Of a DNA stretch of 64,000 nt, positions 1 through 14,754 are shown one piece after another. Both the position numbers and the translations under genes were made by a program. The stretch is from Eledone cirrhosa. Lineage: Eukaryota. Under the pieces are notes generated by a model. That model saw only the letters and a program-made list of their open reading frames with translations. It searched no databases and was not told the origin of the DNA. The DNA is taken from contig OZ024753.1 of NCBI GenBank assembly GCA_964016885.1, forward strand, positions 27,032,001-27,096,000. The letters run 5' to 3'. The number at the start of each line of letters is the position of its first letter. The stretch's first letter is position 1.

Positions 1-94
1 AGAAATATATACATATATATACACTCACACACACACATTTATACACACACACACACACACACATTTATACACACACACACACACACACATTTAT

Positions 95-187
<93 letters not shown>

Positions 188-357
188 TATCTATATCTAT
201 ATATAATCTCTCACTCTATCTATCTCTCTATCTATCTAAGTATCTATCTATCTATATATATATAAGCAAAAGGGATATTCAATTTGTTGGTAATTCAACA
301 AATATAAATGTTTATAACTGATTCAGAGCACTCGACAAGTTTTCTGGAGTATAATAT

Positions 358-687
358 TCAATGATATTAAATAAATGGAAACTATATTTATAAAACCATA
401 TTTATTCTATTATATATATTTCAAGGGTACCAAAACTTTAGTACGCTTTCATCAGATAAAATACAAAGTTTGTTTTATAAATTTTGACATAATCAAGAAA
501 AGATAGCTTAACTATCCAAGGAAAACTTGAACCGTTAAGGTATCTTTTCTTGGTTATGTCAAAATTTATAAAACAAACTTTGTATTTTATTTGATGAAAG
601 CGTACCAAAGTTTTGGTACCCTTGAAATTTATATAATAGAATAAATATGGTTTTATAAATATAGTTTCCATTTATTTAATATCATTG
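358..687. mobile_element. Fold-back (palindromic) hammerhead-bearing mini-element, probably PLE-derived
   Basis: ~155-bp near-perfect inverted arms (358-512 / 534-687) around a short loop; each arm carries a hammerhead motif; a related single copy lies at ~10765-10870. Confidence 0.8.
403..463 (-). ncRNA. Type I hammerhead ribozyme motif
   Basis: Minus strand: uauuuuau CUGAUGA aagcguac-uaaaguuuug-guacccuu GAAA uauaua UA auagaaua; stem I pairs, stem III palindromic. The mirror copy at 583-643 (+) has core UUGAUGA. Confidence 0.75.
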
Positions 688-786
<99 letters not shown>

Positions 787-982
787 TTATAAATATATAT
801 ATATATATATAAATAAATAAATGTATGCAAACAAACAGACACAAACACACTTTCTCTGTCGCTTAGATACACATCCATATACCCATAACAATATTTTCAT
901 TCTCACGATATGCCGTACATTGATATATGGCATTTATCTCATCGATTTAGCAGTTAAAGGTCTTATATTGGCGAACATTACA

Positions 983-1024
<42 letters not shown>

Positions 1025-1099
1025 CACACATACATTCACATACAAACACACGTACATACACACACACACACGTACACACCGCGTACACACACACACATA

Positions 1100-1283
1100 C
1101 AGTGCGGGATTTAGGACAAATGAGGGCCTGTGCTATTATAATTAAGTTATGAGGCCCCTTACATGGGCCCTGAAGGAGGTAGGACCAGTAGGTCTACACA
1201 GGCAGTCATCAGGAAGATGAGTCAACCCAACCAGGCCAAAGAGCCCCTGTGCACACCTAAGCACAATGGTAAATCCGGCACTG
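1100..1283. mobile_element. MITE with 14-bp TIRs (hAT-like CAG termini)
   Basis: CAGTGCGGGATTTA ... TAAATCCGGCACTG (1 mismatch); no clear TSD. Confidence 0.55.
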
Positions 1284-1356
1284 CATTCACACACACACAC
1301 ACGCACATACACACAAAAGCAAACCGACATCACTATAAATGTATACATGTATAGCT

Positions 1357-1498
1357 ATGGCCGTGTGGTTAAGAAGTTCTATTCCCCCACAACACTCTGA
1401 GTTCAGTCCTATTGTGTGGCAAGTTTCTCTACTATATCCTCAGGTTGACTAAAGTCTTGTTAGTACAATTCGGTGCCCGGAAAATGCAGAAGCCCGTC
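1357..1498 (+). mobile_element. tRNA-derived SINE (decayed)
   Basis: A-box-like TGGCCGTGTGG, B-box-like GAGTTCAGTCC, followed by a microsatellite tail; similar head at ~9377-9450. Confidence 0.6.
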
Positions 1499-1560
1499 TT
1501 ACATACATACATATATATATATATGCAGTGTTTTCTATACCTTTCATTTATATATCTATA

Positions 1561-1604
<44 letters not shown>

Positions 1605-1793
1605 TATTGATATATATATATATACATATATATATGTATATGTATATACATACATATATATATTATATATATATATATTATATATATATATATATATATG
1701 TATATACATACATATATATATTATATATATATATATTATATATATATATATATATGTATATGTATATGTATATACATACGTACATATATATAT

Positions 1794-1826
<33 letters not shown>

Positions 1827-1852
1827 ATATATATAATATATATATATATATA

Positions 1853-2043
1853 ACAAAGGAATTGTGGTAAGGAACCAGATGGACCATAACGCACCAGAGT
1901 ACTCAATATTTAGGTAGTAGAGTGGGAAATAGGAAAAAGTATGATCCCGACGGCAGAGCTCGAGCCGTTTCGACGGCTTATTTCTGGAGTCCAGAAATAG
2001 CCGTCGAAACGGGTTGACCTCTGCCGTCGGGGTCATACTTTTT

Positions 2044-2048
<5 letters not shown>
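1853..2048. mobile_element. Fold-back mini-element, family F
   Basis: Hairpin 1929-2048 centred at 1989 (gacggcttatttctgga-g-tccagaaatagccgtc GAAA); relatives at 2140-2280, 14040-14242, 47560-47746, 53738-53775; flanked by (TA)n. Confidence 0.7.
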
Positions 2049-2082
<34 letters not shown>

Positions 2083-2491
2083 GTATACATTCATAAAGTA
2101 TCAGATTTAACTTTGTGCTTAGTTGTGCTTCAGCACAGTGCCCCGACGGCTGAGGTCCGGCCGTTCCGACAGCTAGATCCGAACTAAGCCACCAGTATTA
2201 GAACGGCGGGATTCTACCCTAAGTATCGAGTATTCTGGTGCGATATGGTCCACCTGGTATTTTACCATACCCTCTTTGTACATATGAAAAAAAAATATAT
2301 ATAATATATATATATATATGTGTGTGTGTGTATATATATATGTATATATGTATATATATATGCATATATATTTACGTGTTTATGTGTATAGATTTATAGG
2401 CATATATATGTATATGTATATATATATATTTTTTGTATGTATGTTTATATATATATATTATGTATTTATTTATATATTATATATATTATAT

Positions 2492-2550
<59 letters not shown>

Positions 2551-2591
2551 AATGCAAGGTTTTTTTTAATATATCCCACGCGATTTAAAAA

Positions 2592-2712
2592 TATAGGAAA
2601 AAGAAGTTGAAAATGCTGTTGGAGTCTTTTAAGAAGGTATATTTACAATAATTAAAAAATTATTGTAAATAAACCTTCTTCGAGATATCAACTGCATTTT
2701 CAACTTCTTTTT

Positions 2713-2718
<6 letters not shown>
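2592..2718. repeat. Fold-back hairpin with ~62-bp arms
   Basis: tataggaaaaagaagttgaaaatgc...tacaataatt-aaaa-aattattgta...gcattttcaacttctttttcctata, flanked by (TA)n. Confidence 0.75.
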
Positions 2719-2769
<51 letters not shown>

Positions 2770-2799
2770 CTTTTTCAATTTTCAACGGAAACTTCAATA

Positions 2800-2852
<53 letters not shown>

Positions 2853-2961
2853 ATATGAAACGAAAGGAGCTGTGTGGTTACTAAAAACAAGGTTTAGGAT
2901 GGTGGTTAGGACGGAACAAGAGGAGAAAGGAAATACATATATATATGTGTGTGTGTGTGTG

Positions 2962-3008
<47 letters not shown>

Positions 3009-3079
3009 GTGTGTGTGTGCGTGTGTGTATATGTATATATATATAGGTATATATGTGTGTATATATATATTAATAATAA

Positions 3080-3292
3080 AAGTAATAATAAATGTGAACA
3101 CTAAAATCCGAAGAGGGCTCGATAAGGATAATATATATATATATAAATAGATATAAAAACGGTAGAGCAAATATTTATTAAAATAATAGATTAAAGTTTA
3201 AGCAAAGAATCGCTGCTTTCACCCTTAACTGGATCTTGTGAAAGGGTGAAAGCAACGATCCTTTGCTTAAACTTTAATCTATTATTTTAATA
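3080..3292. mobile_element. Fold-back mini-element, family B
   Basis: Hairpin 3176-3292; same family at 5005-5168 (+), 5727-5795 (-), 7568-7660 (+), 13905-13985, 47207-47300. Confidence 0.7.
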
Positions 3293-3346
3293 TATATATA
3301 TATATATACATTTTGTGTAAGTTCATTTTTTTATCCATGATATATA

Positions 3347-3425
3347 AAGGGTATTCCAAACATATGTATACATATATTTATTAGAATGCTGTTGAAGTGT
3401 GTATACATTTTTGGAGTACATCCTG
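3347..3425. mobile_element. Tc1/mariner-like MITE (decayed copy)
   Basis: Similar to the MITE at 52290-52367; TA flanks. Confidence 0.55.
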
Positions 3426-3595
3426 TATTCCGTTGGGGTCGACGACTACGTAGTACTATTCCTACCGAATATATCCGCCCAATCCCTGCACATTTAAACA
3501 AACAACATGAAACAACTTGAAAGTTTTTATGATACGAGGGGCCAGAAATTAGGGTTGCTGGTTCTTAGACGATATATATATATGCCGGGCTTAGA

Positions 3596-3634
<39 letters not shown>

Positions 3635-3674
3635 CACTGGGTATGGATCTAAACCTTTATTATTATTATTATTA

Positions 3675-4139
3675 CCAAGTTTGTTGAAAGATGGGTGAAT
3701 GTAGCGAGAATGGTCCAAGTGAACGGGACCGCTCTGAATATACGCTTGTAGTTTGAGGAATGGGAAAAAATTGAGAGAGGGCGCTTGCCTTGGTGGTCAG
3801 GGTGGCCGTGGTATTTTGTGTGGTTTTCGCCACGAGTAACCCTCGGAGTTTTCCCCCCTATTGGGGAATTTTTCATTGTTTCAATTTTCATTTTTATTGT
3901 TTATATATATATGTTTCTATGACTTTTTTTTTCTTTTCTTATATAAATAATAAAAATCTTTACACGCACAAAACCCACATCGTACCGTCCTGTACTGTCA
4001 TGTGCCGTCTGTAATGTTTTTCTTGATGTCAGCCCTTGTGGCCAATAAAGAAATCATTATTATTATTGTACCGTCCTGTATTATCCTGTAGTGTCCTTAA
4101 TGTCTACTTTATGTAAACTCTTGTGGTTAATAAAGAAAG

Positions 4140-4175
<36 letters not shown>

Positions 4176-4330
4176 ATCCTATGATTTTTTTTTTTTTTTC
4201 ACGCAGAAATGCTCATTTGTACCGTCCTGTATTGTCCTGCACTGTCCTTAATGTCTACTTTATGTAAACCCTTGTGGTTAATAAAGAAAACATTATTATT
4301 AATATTATCATTATTATTATTATTATTATT
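3675..4330 (+). mobile_element. 3' fragment of a Tx1/L1-like element plus two further stacked 3' ends in (ATT)n
   Basis: 3678-3752 translates KFVERWVNVARMVQVNGTALNIRL*, matching the ORF2 C-terminus of the array elements (FYERWVKVARMARVNGPSLYLSL*); tails ...cttgtgg(c/t)(c/t)aataaagaaa-(att)n at ~4050, ~4138, ~4289. Confidence 0.75.
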
Positions 4331-4513
4331 ATTATCATTACATATGGCCTGGGCCAATACTGGCTGAAACCTATCAAAGTTTTAAATATATATATATACA
4401 CTGACACAAGCCGAAACCACTTCACGCCGCTGTCGGGATTTTTCTTCTCTCTTCCCCTCTCTCTCTCTCTATATATATGTATATATACACACACACACAC
4501 CTATATATATATG

Positions 4514-4594
<81 letters not shown>

Positions 4595-4656
4595 GTATAT
4601 CTATAACCTCGGGACTTTGAAGAAAAGATTAGGTATATTTCTGGTATTATTTCCTA

Positions 4657-4704
<48 letters not shown>

Positions 4705-4732
4705 ATTATATATATACTTATATATATATACT

Positions 4733-4763
<31 letters not shown>

Positions 4764-4854
4764 GCATGTATATGTAAGTATATATATATATATATGCATA
4801 TATATATGCATATATATATGTGTATACATATATGTATACATATTTATATGTATT

Positions 4855-4926
<72 letters not shown>

Positions 4927-4930
4927 TATA

Positions 4931-5004
<74 letters not shown>

Positions 5005-5186
5005 CAGTTTCAGAAGATCCCGTTAAGGGTGAAAGCAGCGATTCTTTGCTTAAACTTTAATCTGTTATTTTAATAAATATTTGCTCTACGGTTCTTATAT
5101 ATTTGATATATATTTATCCTTATCGAGCCCTCTTTGGATTTTAGTCTTCAAATTTATTATTATTACTATATATATATATATATATA

Positions 5187-5600
<414 letters not shown>

Positions 5601-5672
5601 TATATATATATATGCATATATATATATATATATATATGATTGTATATGACCCCATTGAGTCTAATCTCTAAG

Positions 5673-5730
<58 letters not shown>

Positions 5731-5897
5731 ATAATAATAAATTTGAAGACTAAAATCCAAAGAGGGCTCGATAAGGATAAATATATATCAAATATATATA
5801 TATATATATATGCATATATATATATGTATATATATATATGTATATACATATATATATAAAGTAGAGAGCCGGACTGGAACGCATACTGCCTTGTATC

Positions 5898-6015
<118 letters not shown>

Positions 6016-6204
6016 AGGCAGTATTCGTTCCAGTCCGGCTCTCTACTTTTCTCTCTGAGTTCAAATCCCACCGTGGTTAATTGTTTAGAGGTCGAAAAAA
6101 GAGTACCAGGCTAGTACCGGGTTCGATTTTTCCTTTACATCTCTTTATCACTTCCTTTCCTTCACTCTCTATCACTCCCTTGAAAAAATATATGCATATA
6201 TATA

Positions 6205-6376
6205 TAGAAGTGGTTACACAACAGTTAGTTCCCCATACCGAGAACAATTGTTTCACCTTAGCGGATCCTCAGGTGAAACAATTGTTCTCGGTATGGTGAA
6301 CTAACTGTTGTGTAACCACTTCTACCTAACTCGTCCCATGGACTGAGTGCTCAACCACTACCTTCCAGTGTTCTAC

Positions 6377-6380
<4 letters not shown>
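6205..6380. mobile_element. Fold-back mini-element with a hammerhead half-core
   Basis: Hairpin 6205-6324 centred on acct-tagcggatcctc-aggt, immediately followed by GAAA caattg TT; flanked by (TA)n. Confidence 0.75.
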
Positions 6381-6411
<31 letters not shown>

Positions 6412-6508
6412 ATAAAGTTACGTAATTAAATAGCTCTGTATAATTCATAGAGCACTCGTCTTTCTACGGAAATACTTAACACACCATATATATATAGAGT
6501 TAGTTACA

Positions 6509-6557
6509 ACAGTACTTAAGTTTCGTCGGGTTGTATATCCCAACTCATTCTGCCTGT
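6509..6557 (-). ncRNA. Hammerhead-like motif with a variant core
   Basis: acag gCAGAAUGA guuggg-auauacaa-cccgac GAAA cuuaag UA cugu; all three stems pair, core atypical. Confidence 0.6.
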
Positions 6558-6588
6558 CACATAAACAAAGGTGCCTATATATATATAC

Positions 6589-6621
<33 letters not shown>

Positions 6622-6840
6622 TGAGAATATAATATGCATTTCACCATTCTACTTCAATTATACATATACATACACACATATGCACACCCACACAAACCAT
6701 TTATGAAAGTATGTATGTAAAAGCATGTATGTATATCTGCAAGTTTATTTGGATTCTTACATACGTTAGGTAGATATATTTTGATATGCGTCTATAAGTT
6801 TAATACCATATCGGTATATTATTATTGTCTAGCACTCTTT

Positions 6841-6948
<108 letters not shown>

Positions 6949-6955
6949 AGTATAT

Positions 6956-7000
<45 letters not shown>

Positions 7001-7010
7001 CTATATCTAT

Positions 7011-7367
7011 CTAAGGCGGGTAAAATTCCCGAGATCCATGGACGAGTTCTCTCCAGCGGTCTCTGTCCCTCATTATCGCTGCCATGTCCTGTATCTCCAA
7101 CAGACCAGTGTCTGTCCTGAGGGCATCAACATACGTTAACCTTGGTCTTCCTCTTCTAGTGTGTCCATGCAGGGGCTCCCACAGGAGCACAGAGTGCAAT
7201 GTCAACTCTGGATGTCGGTGAGCATGTCCAGCTAACCTCAGTCTCCTCTGTGTCACTTTTGGGTTTCCATTGAAGGTCACCCTCAACACTCGCGGGGAGA
7301 TAGGCATTATTTCCCTCACCAACAGATTGGTTTTTGCACTGAACACAAAACCCACTCCTCCTACTGT
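7011..7367 (-). mobile_element. RTE-type LINE remnant: endonuclease fragment fused to the 3' end
   Basis: GVGFVFS...ISPRVLRVTFNGNP joined to KVTQRRLRLAGH...[19 protein letters not shown]; 3' end near-identical to 11543-11838 and 28056-28295. Confidence 0.8.
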
Positions 7368-7522
7368 ATATTATATAAATAAATAAAAATATATATATAC
7401 ATATATATATTTATATATACATATGTATATTATATATTATATATATGTATATTATATATTATATATATTATATATATTATATATATATGTATATTATATA
7501 TTATATATATTATATATATATG

Positions 7523-7570
<48 letters not shown>

Positions 7571-7744
7571 TTTTGCTCTACGGTTCTTATATATTTGATA
7601 TATATTTATCCTTATCGAGCCCTCTTTGGATTTTAGTCTTCAAATTTATTATTATTACTATATATATATACATATATATATATATATACATATGTATATT
7701 ATATATATATGTATATTATATATATATGTATATTATATATGTAC

Positions 7745-7794
<50 letters not shown>

Positions 7795-8406
7795 CATACA
7801 TACATGTGTGTATGTGTGAACGTGGTTAGAGCATTGGATTCCCAATCATGAGCTTTGTTTCACGCATTGAGCGGTGTCTTGTGTCTGTCCCTGAATACAC
7901 ATACTAGCAATTGTCAAATGGTGATATATGGAGAAAAAGTTATGACATGACAAAGAAATTTACTATGAAAGTTAAAGTAATATATTACACTGTTATTATC
8001 AAATATCAACTAAGATATAAAAAGAAACTTCGATATGCGATAAACATAACATGTAGATAAATTGTAGCACATATACAAATAGATGTGTGTTTTGGTAGTT
8101 TGGGGAGAAAAATATATATATATATTTTTTTTTTTGACAAAATTCAATATACTTGAGTTGCAATGTCACAGGTATTGGTCTTTGCTTTTTCCTCGGACAA
8201 CATTGGTGGTATAGAAGGGGAAGAATACAATACATGGGCAACTGCTGGTCTTCCACAAAAAATCCTTGTTCGGACTTGTATCTCGGAGGAGAACTTTCTA
8301 AGAGCAAACCCTTAGGTTATTCGTGTCTTCTTCTTCTTCTTCATGAACAGAAGAGGTGACAATATGCACCCTTGGCGGAATCCGACACCCACTTTCAATT
8401 GTTTTA

Positions 8407-9070
8407 TCAAATCACAAATATTCGTATAAAGACATCAGAGTAACAAGAAGCGGTCAATTGATCCCATACTCCTAAACCTTCGCAATAACTCCACGATTTC
8501 TCAAAGCCCTGGCGCAGTAGGAATATTTGGTTGGCTGGGCTGCGTCTGTGACGGAAACCACACTGTTCGTCATCTAATTTGGACACGTTAATATTCCTAC
8601 ATCGCTTAGCATGGACTTTAGCGGGGAAGCTTAACAATGAGATCCTCCTGTAATAGGAGCAATCTTTCTTGTCTCCCTTTTTGAAGACTGGGATTTTCAC
8701 TCCCGATTGCCATTGCTTAGGGGCCTTTCCAGAATTAGAGACCACCCGGCACACACCAGTCAGCCAGAGAATACCTTCTCTATTTAAGGCTTTTAACATT
8801 TCGGACCGAATTTCACCCTCCCCAGTGGCCTTGCCACATTTGAACTCTTTATCTCCTCTTGTGGATTCGCCATCCGAGAGGTTAGACATCGCTCCTAGAT
8901 TCACCTCATATACATTATAAAATGTTATTGCGACCAAGTTTAGTATTCTCTCCGCCTCGTGAGGATGCATCCAGGCGCGTTCCTGAGAGAAGGTGATGAA
9001 CTTCTTATTACGATAGATATAATCGGACTTTTCTTAACAACGTTCCGTTATTCTGGTACTGTAGATTTGA
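8407..9070 (-). pseudogene. Decayed RTE-clade reverse transcriptase fragment
   Basis: GKATGEGEIRSEMLK, IPVFKKGDKKDCSYYRRISLLS, DEQCGFR...QIFLLRQ motifs. Confidence 0.8.
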
Positions 9071-9673
9071 TGGAGGATGGAAACTCCACACACACACACA
9101 CACACTCATATATATATATATATAAACACACGCAGACATTATATACACTTATACTCAGGATCGAATGAATTATCACAACACAACGTTGGTGCATATATAT
9201 ATAGAGAGACATTCGTCTGCCAATCCATATGTAACAGTTTGAAACATATATATTCTGATTAAACAGTAATAAAAGTTGTATGTTATTCTAATGCTCCAGT
9301 TATAATCACTGTGATCATACTGCATGTGGCTATTTAGTGTTAAGTAAATATAATTAGTGTTAAAAAATACACAGAAATGGCTGTGTGCTTAAGGGAGTTG
9401 TTTATAAATATCCGGTTTCGGGTTCAGTCCTGCTGCTTGGCACCATCTACTTTAAACATACTCGGGCGTAATTTGGCAGAATCCCGTCCTGATTTAGGCA
9501 CAAGGCCAACAATTTTGAGAGGGAAGAAAGTCGATTAAATCGACCCCAGTCCATTCCTGGTACTTTATTTTGTCGATCCCGTAATGATGAAAGGCAATGA
9601 AAGTTATCGAGAGAGCACAGTATTTTCTTTTATGATTAGGGCGTAAATAGATACATACATACCTATATGTATG

Positions 9674-9742
<69 letters not shown>

Positions 9743-9796
9743 TGACAACAGTGACCTCAACCTACGGATTGAGTGCTCTTACCCTAGGAAACTTAG

Positions 9797-9853
<57 letters not shown>

Positions 9854-10403
9854 TGTGTATAAATGTATTTCCACCTGTCATTATTGCGGTTAACTTTGCC
9901 TTTCATCCTTACGGGGTCGATAAATAAAGTACCAGTAATGTAAAGTACCAGTAATGTACTGGTAATTGCTGGCCTTGTGCCTAAAATAGAAACAATTATT
10001 GCGTTAATACCTACACACCTATGTATGGATCTATATGTGTATGAAAAATTCAAAACATATATATATACATACATGGAATAGTATTCATACTTGCACACTC
10101 ACACACACATACATACACACACACACACATACATATATATTTGTGTGTGTATATATATATATGAGTGTGTGTGTGCGTGTGTGTGTGCGCGCGCGTATGT
10201 ATGTATGTATGTATGTATGTATGTATGTATATATATAGTGAGCAAAGGCACTGCACAAAACCAGTCCCACTCTCTTAACCAAGATGATATTTACCAAAAA
10301 GAAGAACAAGCTTCACGGCACAGGCATTGCTTTGTATCTGGAGATCTCTCTGCACCATGTGTCAATAATTGTCACAAGTGTAGTGTTTGTATATATATAT
10401 ATA

Positions 10404-10447
<44 letters not shown>

Positions 10448-10569
10448 TACATATATATATGCATACATATATAGATGCATACATATATAGATACATATAT
10501 ATATATACATGCATATGTAAATATACATACATACATATATATATATATGTATGTATATATACGATATTA

Positions 10570-10757
10570 ATTGTTTCTACTTTTGGCACAAGGCCAGCAA
10601 TTATCCCAGTACATTACTGGTACTTTATTTTATCGACCCCGTAAGGATGAAAGGCAAAGTAAACCTCGGCGGGAATTGAACTCAGATCGTAAAGGGACGT
10701 AACTATGCTGGAAAGCATATCCTACCCTCTACCGATACTGCCAATTCACCGCCCTTC
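10570..10757 (-). mobile_element. tRNA-derived SINE with a conserved central domain
   Basis: Head GGCGGTGAATTGG, B-box GAGTTCAATTCC, core GCCTTTCATCCTTACGGGGTCGATAAAATAAAGTACCAG, tail GCTGGCCTTGTGCC; partial copies at 6025-6130, 9490-9610, 9885-10000, 19840-19930, 20545-20680, 53527-53622. Confidence 0.8.
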
Positions 10758-10801
10758 GATATACGATATTAATAAATGGAAACTATATTTATAAAACCAT
10801 A

Positions 10802-10868
10802 TTTATTTCATTATACATATTTCAGGGATACCAAATTAAATTATGGTATGCCTTCATCAGACAAAATA
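10802..10868 (-). ncRNA. Type I hammerhead motif (same family as 403-463)
   Basis: uauuuugu CUGAUGA aggcauacca-uaauuuaauu-ugguaucccu GAAA uaugua UA augaaaua; stem II sequence differs from 403-463 but pairing is kept. Confidence 0.7.
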
Positions 10869-11049
10869 CAATATATAACAGTTTTACAAATAAGCTTTGA
10901 CGTACCCTATTAAAATGCAACCATTGTTTTTGGAAGTCATCCGGATAAAATATAATATAGATCAGTTTTATAAACAAATATTGACATAACCTTAAAGAAT
11001 GCGACCATGTTATACCATCTGAGAATGAAACGAGTCGTCTGGGAAGTGA

Positions 11050-11540
11050 TATATTTGATATATCTCATATGAAATAATACAGCCAATTCTCCACACAATA
11101 CAATATAGTTAGCACCCCGAACGTTTAATTAGGAATATACTCAGATATTTCCTAAATGTTTGTTGAGTGAGTTGGAATTTGGCCGGAGTATCGCTATTAG
11201 CTTTCTCCGTTTATGTATTTATATATATATATATATATAAGTATTCCGCAAACTCACAGGCACACGCATGTATGTGTGTGTGTTCAGTATTTGAACATTT
11301 ATCTATAATTATGAAATAATCACATTACAGGTACTCTGTGTGTGTGTGTCTATATATATATATATAAATACATAAACGGAGAAAGCTAATAGCGATACTT
11401 CGGCCAAATTCCAACTCACTCAACAAACATTTAGGAAATATCTGAGTATATTCATAATTAAACGTTCGGGGTGCTAACTAATTGTATTGTGTGGAAAATT
11501 GGCTGTAACATTTCATATGAGATATATCAAATATATATAT
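11050..11540. repeat. Inverted repeat, ~185-bp arms around a ~115-bp spacer
   Basis: 11050-11235 is the near-exact reverse complement of 11352-11540; (TA)n at both inner ends. Confidence 0.8.
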
Positions 11541-11542
11541 TT

Positions 11543-11838
11543 CTAGGGGGGGTAAAATTCCCGAGATCCATGGACGAGTTCTCTCCAGCGGTCTCTGTCC
11601 CTCATTATCGCTGCCATGTTCTGTGTCTCCAACAGATCAGTGTCTGTCCTTAGGGCATCAACATACGTTAACCTTGGTCTTCCTTTTCTAGTGTGTCCAT
11701 GCAGGGGCTCCCACAGGAGCACAGAGTGCAATGTCAACTCTGGATGTCGGTGAGCATGTCCAGCTAACCTCAGTCTCCTCTGTGTCACTTTTGAGCTGAC
11801 TTTTGGGAGGCTCCCATACAGCTCTGAGTTTTTCATAT
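11543..11838 (-). mobile_element. 5'-truncated RTE-type LINE 3' end
   Basis: ORF 11543..11836 RRLRLAGHAHRHPE...WEP..GRP..TYVD. Confidence 0.85.
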
Positions 11839-11839
11839 T

Positions 11840-11928
<89 letters not shown>

Positions 11929-12008
11929 CAGGAAATCATAGCTCTGTTCTATATATAGAGCATTCGGTTTTCCTTTGCTTTTTGTTCGGAAATTACCTAA
12001 CACACACG

Positions 12009-12056
<48 letters not shown>

Positions 12057-12084
12057 CATATATATATATGCACGTATGTATGTA

Positions 12085-12620
12085 ATCATGTATGTTCTTC
12101 TGGTTTTATAAATGTTCACCAATATGGAGAGGTATGTTCTGGACCTCTCTCAGCATCCGGGTGAATGTGCCATTAATCCTCTTTGTGAGCGCCTTGTAAG
12201 CTCTTGTGTCCATGTCTCACATCTGTAGAGGAGAATGGACTCAACTGTTGGTTCGGATAGCCTCGTTTTTGTGGTTTTCTTGATCGGACACACTCACGTT
12301 TGATATAGAGTTGAGAGCCTTACCTATCTTGGTTTCTACATCCTGCTCAGTGTTCATAAAACTGCTAAGATACAAGTAGTCATCGACCTGTTCAATCTCC
12401 TAACCGTCAGCGTATGCATTTTAAAAAATTATTTGACGTTGCATTGAGGGACACGAATTTTGTCTTGCAAGCATTCAAGAAGAGTCCAATTGACTGCACT
12501 ACAAACTCCATTCTGTGAAGCATTTTCTCAGCTTCGTTTTCCAGGAGAGCTATGTCATCTGCCTGAGCCATTTCAGGTAGAACTTCCTTAGGATGTTGGG
12601 TACTTTGTCGACTTTTCAGT
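12085..12620 (-). pseudogene. Highly decayed non-LTR RT fragment
   Basis: Reverse complement of ~12541-12562 encodes ADDIALL; many stops. Confidence 0.55.
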
Positions 12621-12819
12621 TCTATTCACCACCAGTACATCAATAGCTATCCACGGATTGATGCACTAGTCTTGATACAATGGTCTTATAAAGTATCCGA
12701 AACTATAATGATCCTCAGAAGACAGCCGATGAGCGGGAATTATCCCATGTGCTTGTCTCTTCCGAGTTTTCTGTTTCTTATATCCCCCCCTCCATATATA
12801 TATATATATATATTATTCT

Positions 12820-13390
12820 CCAGACTCTAGCTATTGACCAGTTAATTTTCTTGATTTTATAGTTGATTCTATTGACTGATGAATAGCTTATGTTAATTTT
12901 AACCCTTCTGTTGAGAACTCTATTCGATTTGTGATGTTTTTGCATTCTTGCAAAAATATACACAACTGAATTCATTCGCCTGATATAGGGGTTGCCTCCC
13001 TTGCCGATCCCCACGTGGAGTCAGCAATAGTCAGTCCTTGTATTAACATTGAACTAAAACCTGTTGAGAAAGTGGCTTCCTTGTTCAATCATCTTACCAG
13101 AAGCCTGACATTATTTATGTAAGCGGACGGTACTTGATTTAGGAGCCGCAGAAACCCATATACTGGATTTTACCAACCTTCCAGGGGTCCGGGTAAATTT
13201 TCAATACCCGAATTACTTGATCGTTTTTTTTGGCTATGCGAATGATTGTTTAACCATCGTCTCAGTGTGTTTGGCCTTTAACGTTTGTTATAGCTCTGGT
13301 TCATCTGAATCATTGAGCACTTGCCGCACATCTCGGAGGTTGTTTTTCGTTATTTCGTGGGCCGAAATGCGAATCTCGATAATTTATGTT
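12820..13390 (-). pseudogene. Possible decayed Penelope-like fragment
   Basis: KHHKSNRVLNRRVKINISYS resembles HKYHSIFNKNVIKLSFS of the PLE at 55363-55812. Confidence 0.35.
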
Positions 13391-13391
13391 T

Positions 13392-13466
<75 letters not shown>

Positions 13467-13802
13467 ATTTGTCCTCGGGCCTTTTGTCTTCGGGGAGGAA
13501 GGTGGTCCGTATCTCTATTGGTATACGGCATACGTAAACAACGTGTGAATGTGTGGTGTATCTTCTTCCTGTGGTTTTAATAAATTCGAATCTGTATATA
13601 TGTGGTACGAATGATTTCCTGTGATACATATTGCAATTTGAATAACATAAATATTTAGTCATTCTACAAATATACGGAGGTAATCTTTGACACGTGAGCG
13701 TTGTAAAATACGGTGATTATTATCACACCCGTACATGACAGAAGTGTGTGCAAACACATACACATACACACACACGTATACGTGTATGTGTGTGTATATA
13801 TA

Positions 13803-13907
<105 letters not shown>

Positions 13908-13982
13908 GATTAAAGTTTAGAGAATCAATTTGTGTTTTCACCTTATTACGGGATCTTATATATATATATATATAAGATCCCG

Positions 13983-14039
<57 letters not shown>

Positions 14040-14237
14040 CCTTATTGAGCCATTCAGGACCCAGACGGTTGAGCTCTTGCCGTTTCAACAGCCAGTTCCA
14101 GTCTAGAACTGGTTGTTGAAACAGCAAGAGCTCAGCCGTCAGGGTCCTGACTCTTTATAATATAAACATACTATGCTACCCCGAATATCGAGTAATCTGT
14201 TAAGTAATGGTCTCACTAGTTTCAAACTGAATCCATC

Positions 14238-14298
<61 letters not shown>

Positions 14299-14319
14299 TG
14301 CTAAACAAATTCAGAAACG

Positions 14320-14360
<41 letters not shown>

Positions 14361-14754
14361 TATATATATATACATACATATATACACACACACATATATA
14401 TATATACATACATATATACACACACACATATATATATATACATACATATATACATGTACGTACACACATATATATACATATACGTACATATAATACATAT
14501 ATATACATATACATATATACATATATGTACATATACATATATATACATATATGTACATATACATATATATACATATATGTACATATACATATATATACAT
14601 ATATGTACATATACATATATATACATATATATATACATATATACATAGATATACATATACATACATATATATATACATATATATATACTTATATATACAT
14701 ATATATATACATAGATATACATATATACATAGATATACATATATATATATAATC

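Noticed and set aside
885-945. Degenerate hammerhead on minus (CGATGA...GAAA)
   Set aside because: Core and stem I too decayed to support
10640-10757. tRNA gene
   Set aside because: A/B boxes belong to a multi-copy SINE head; no cloverleaf
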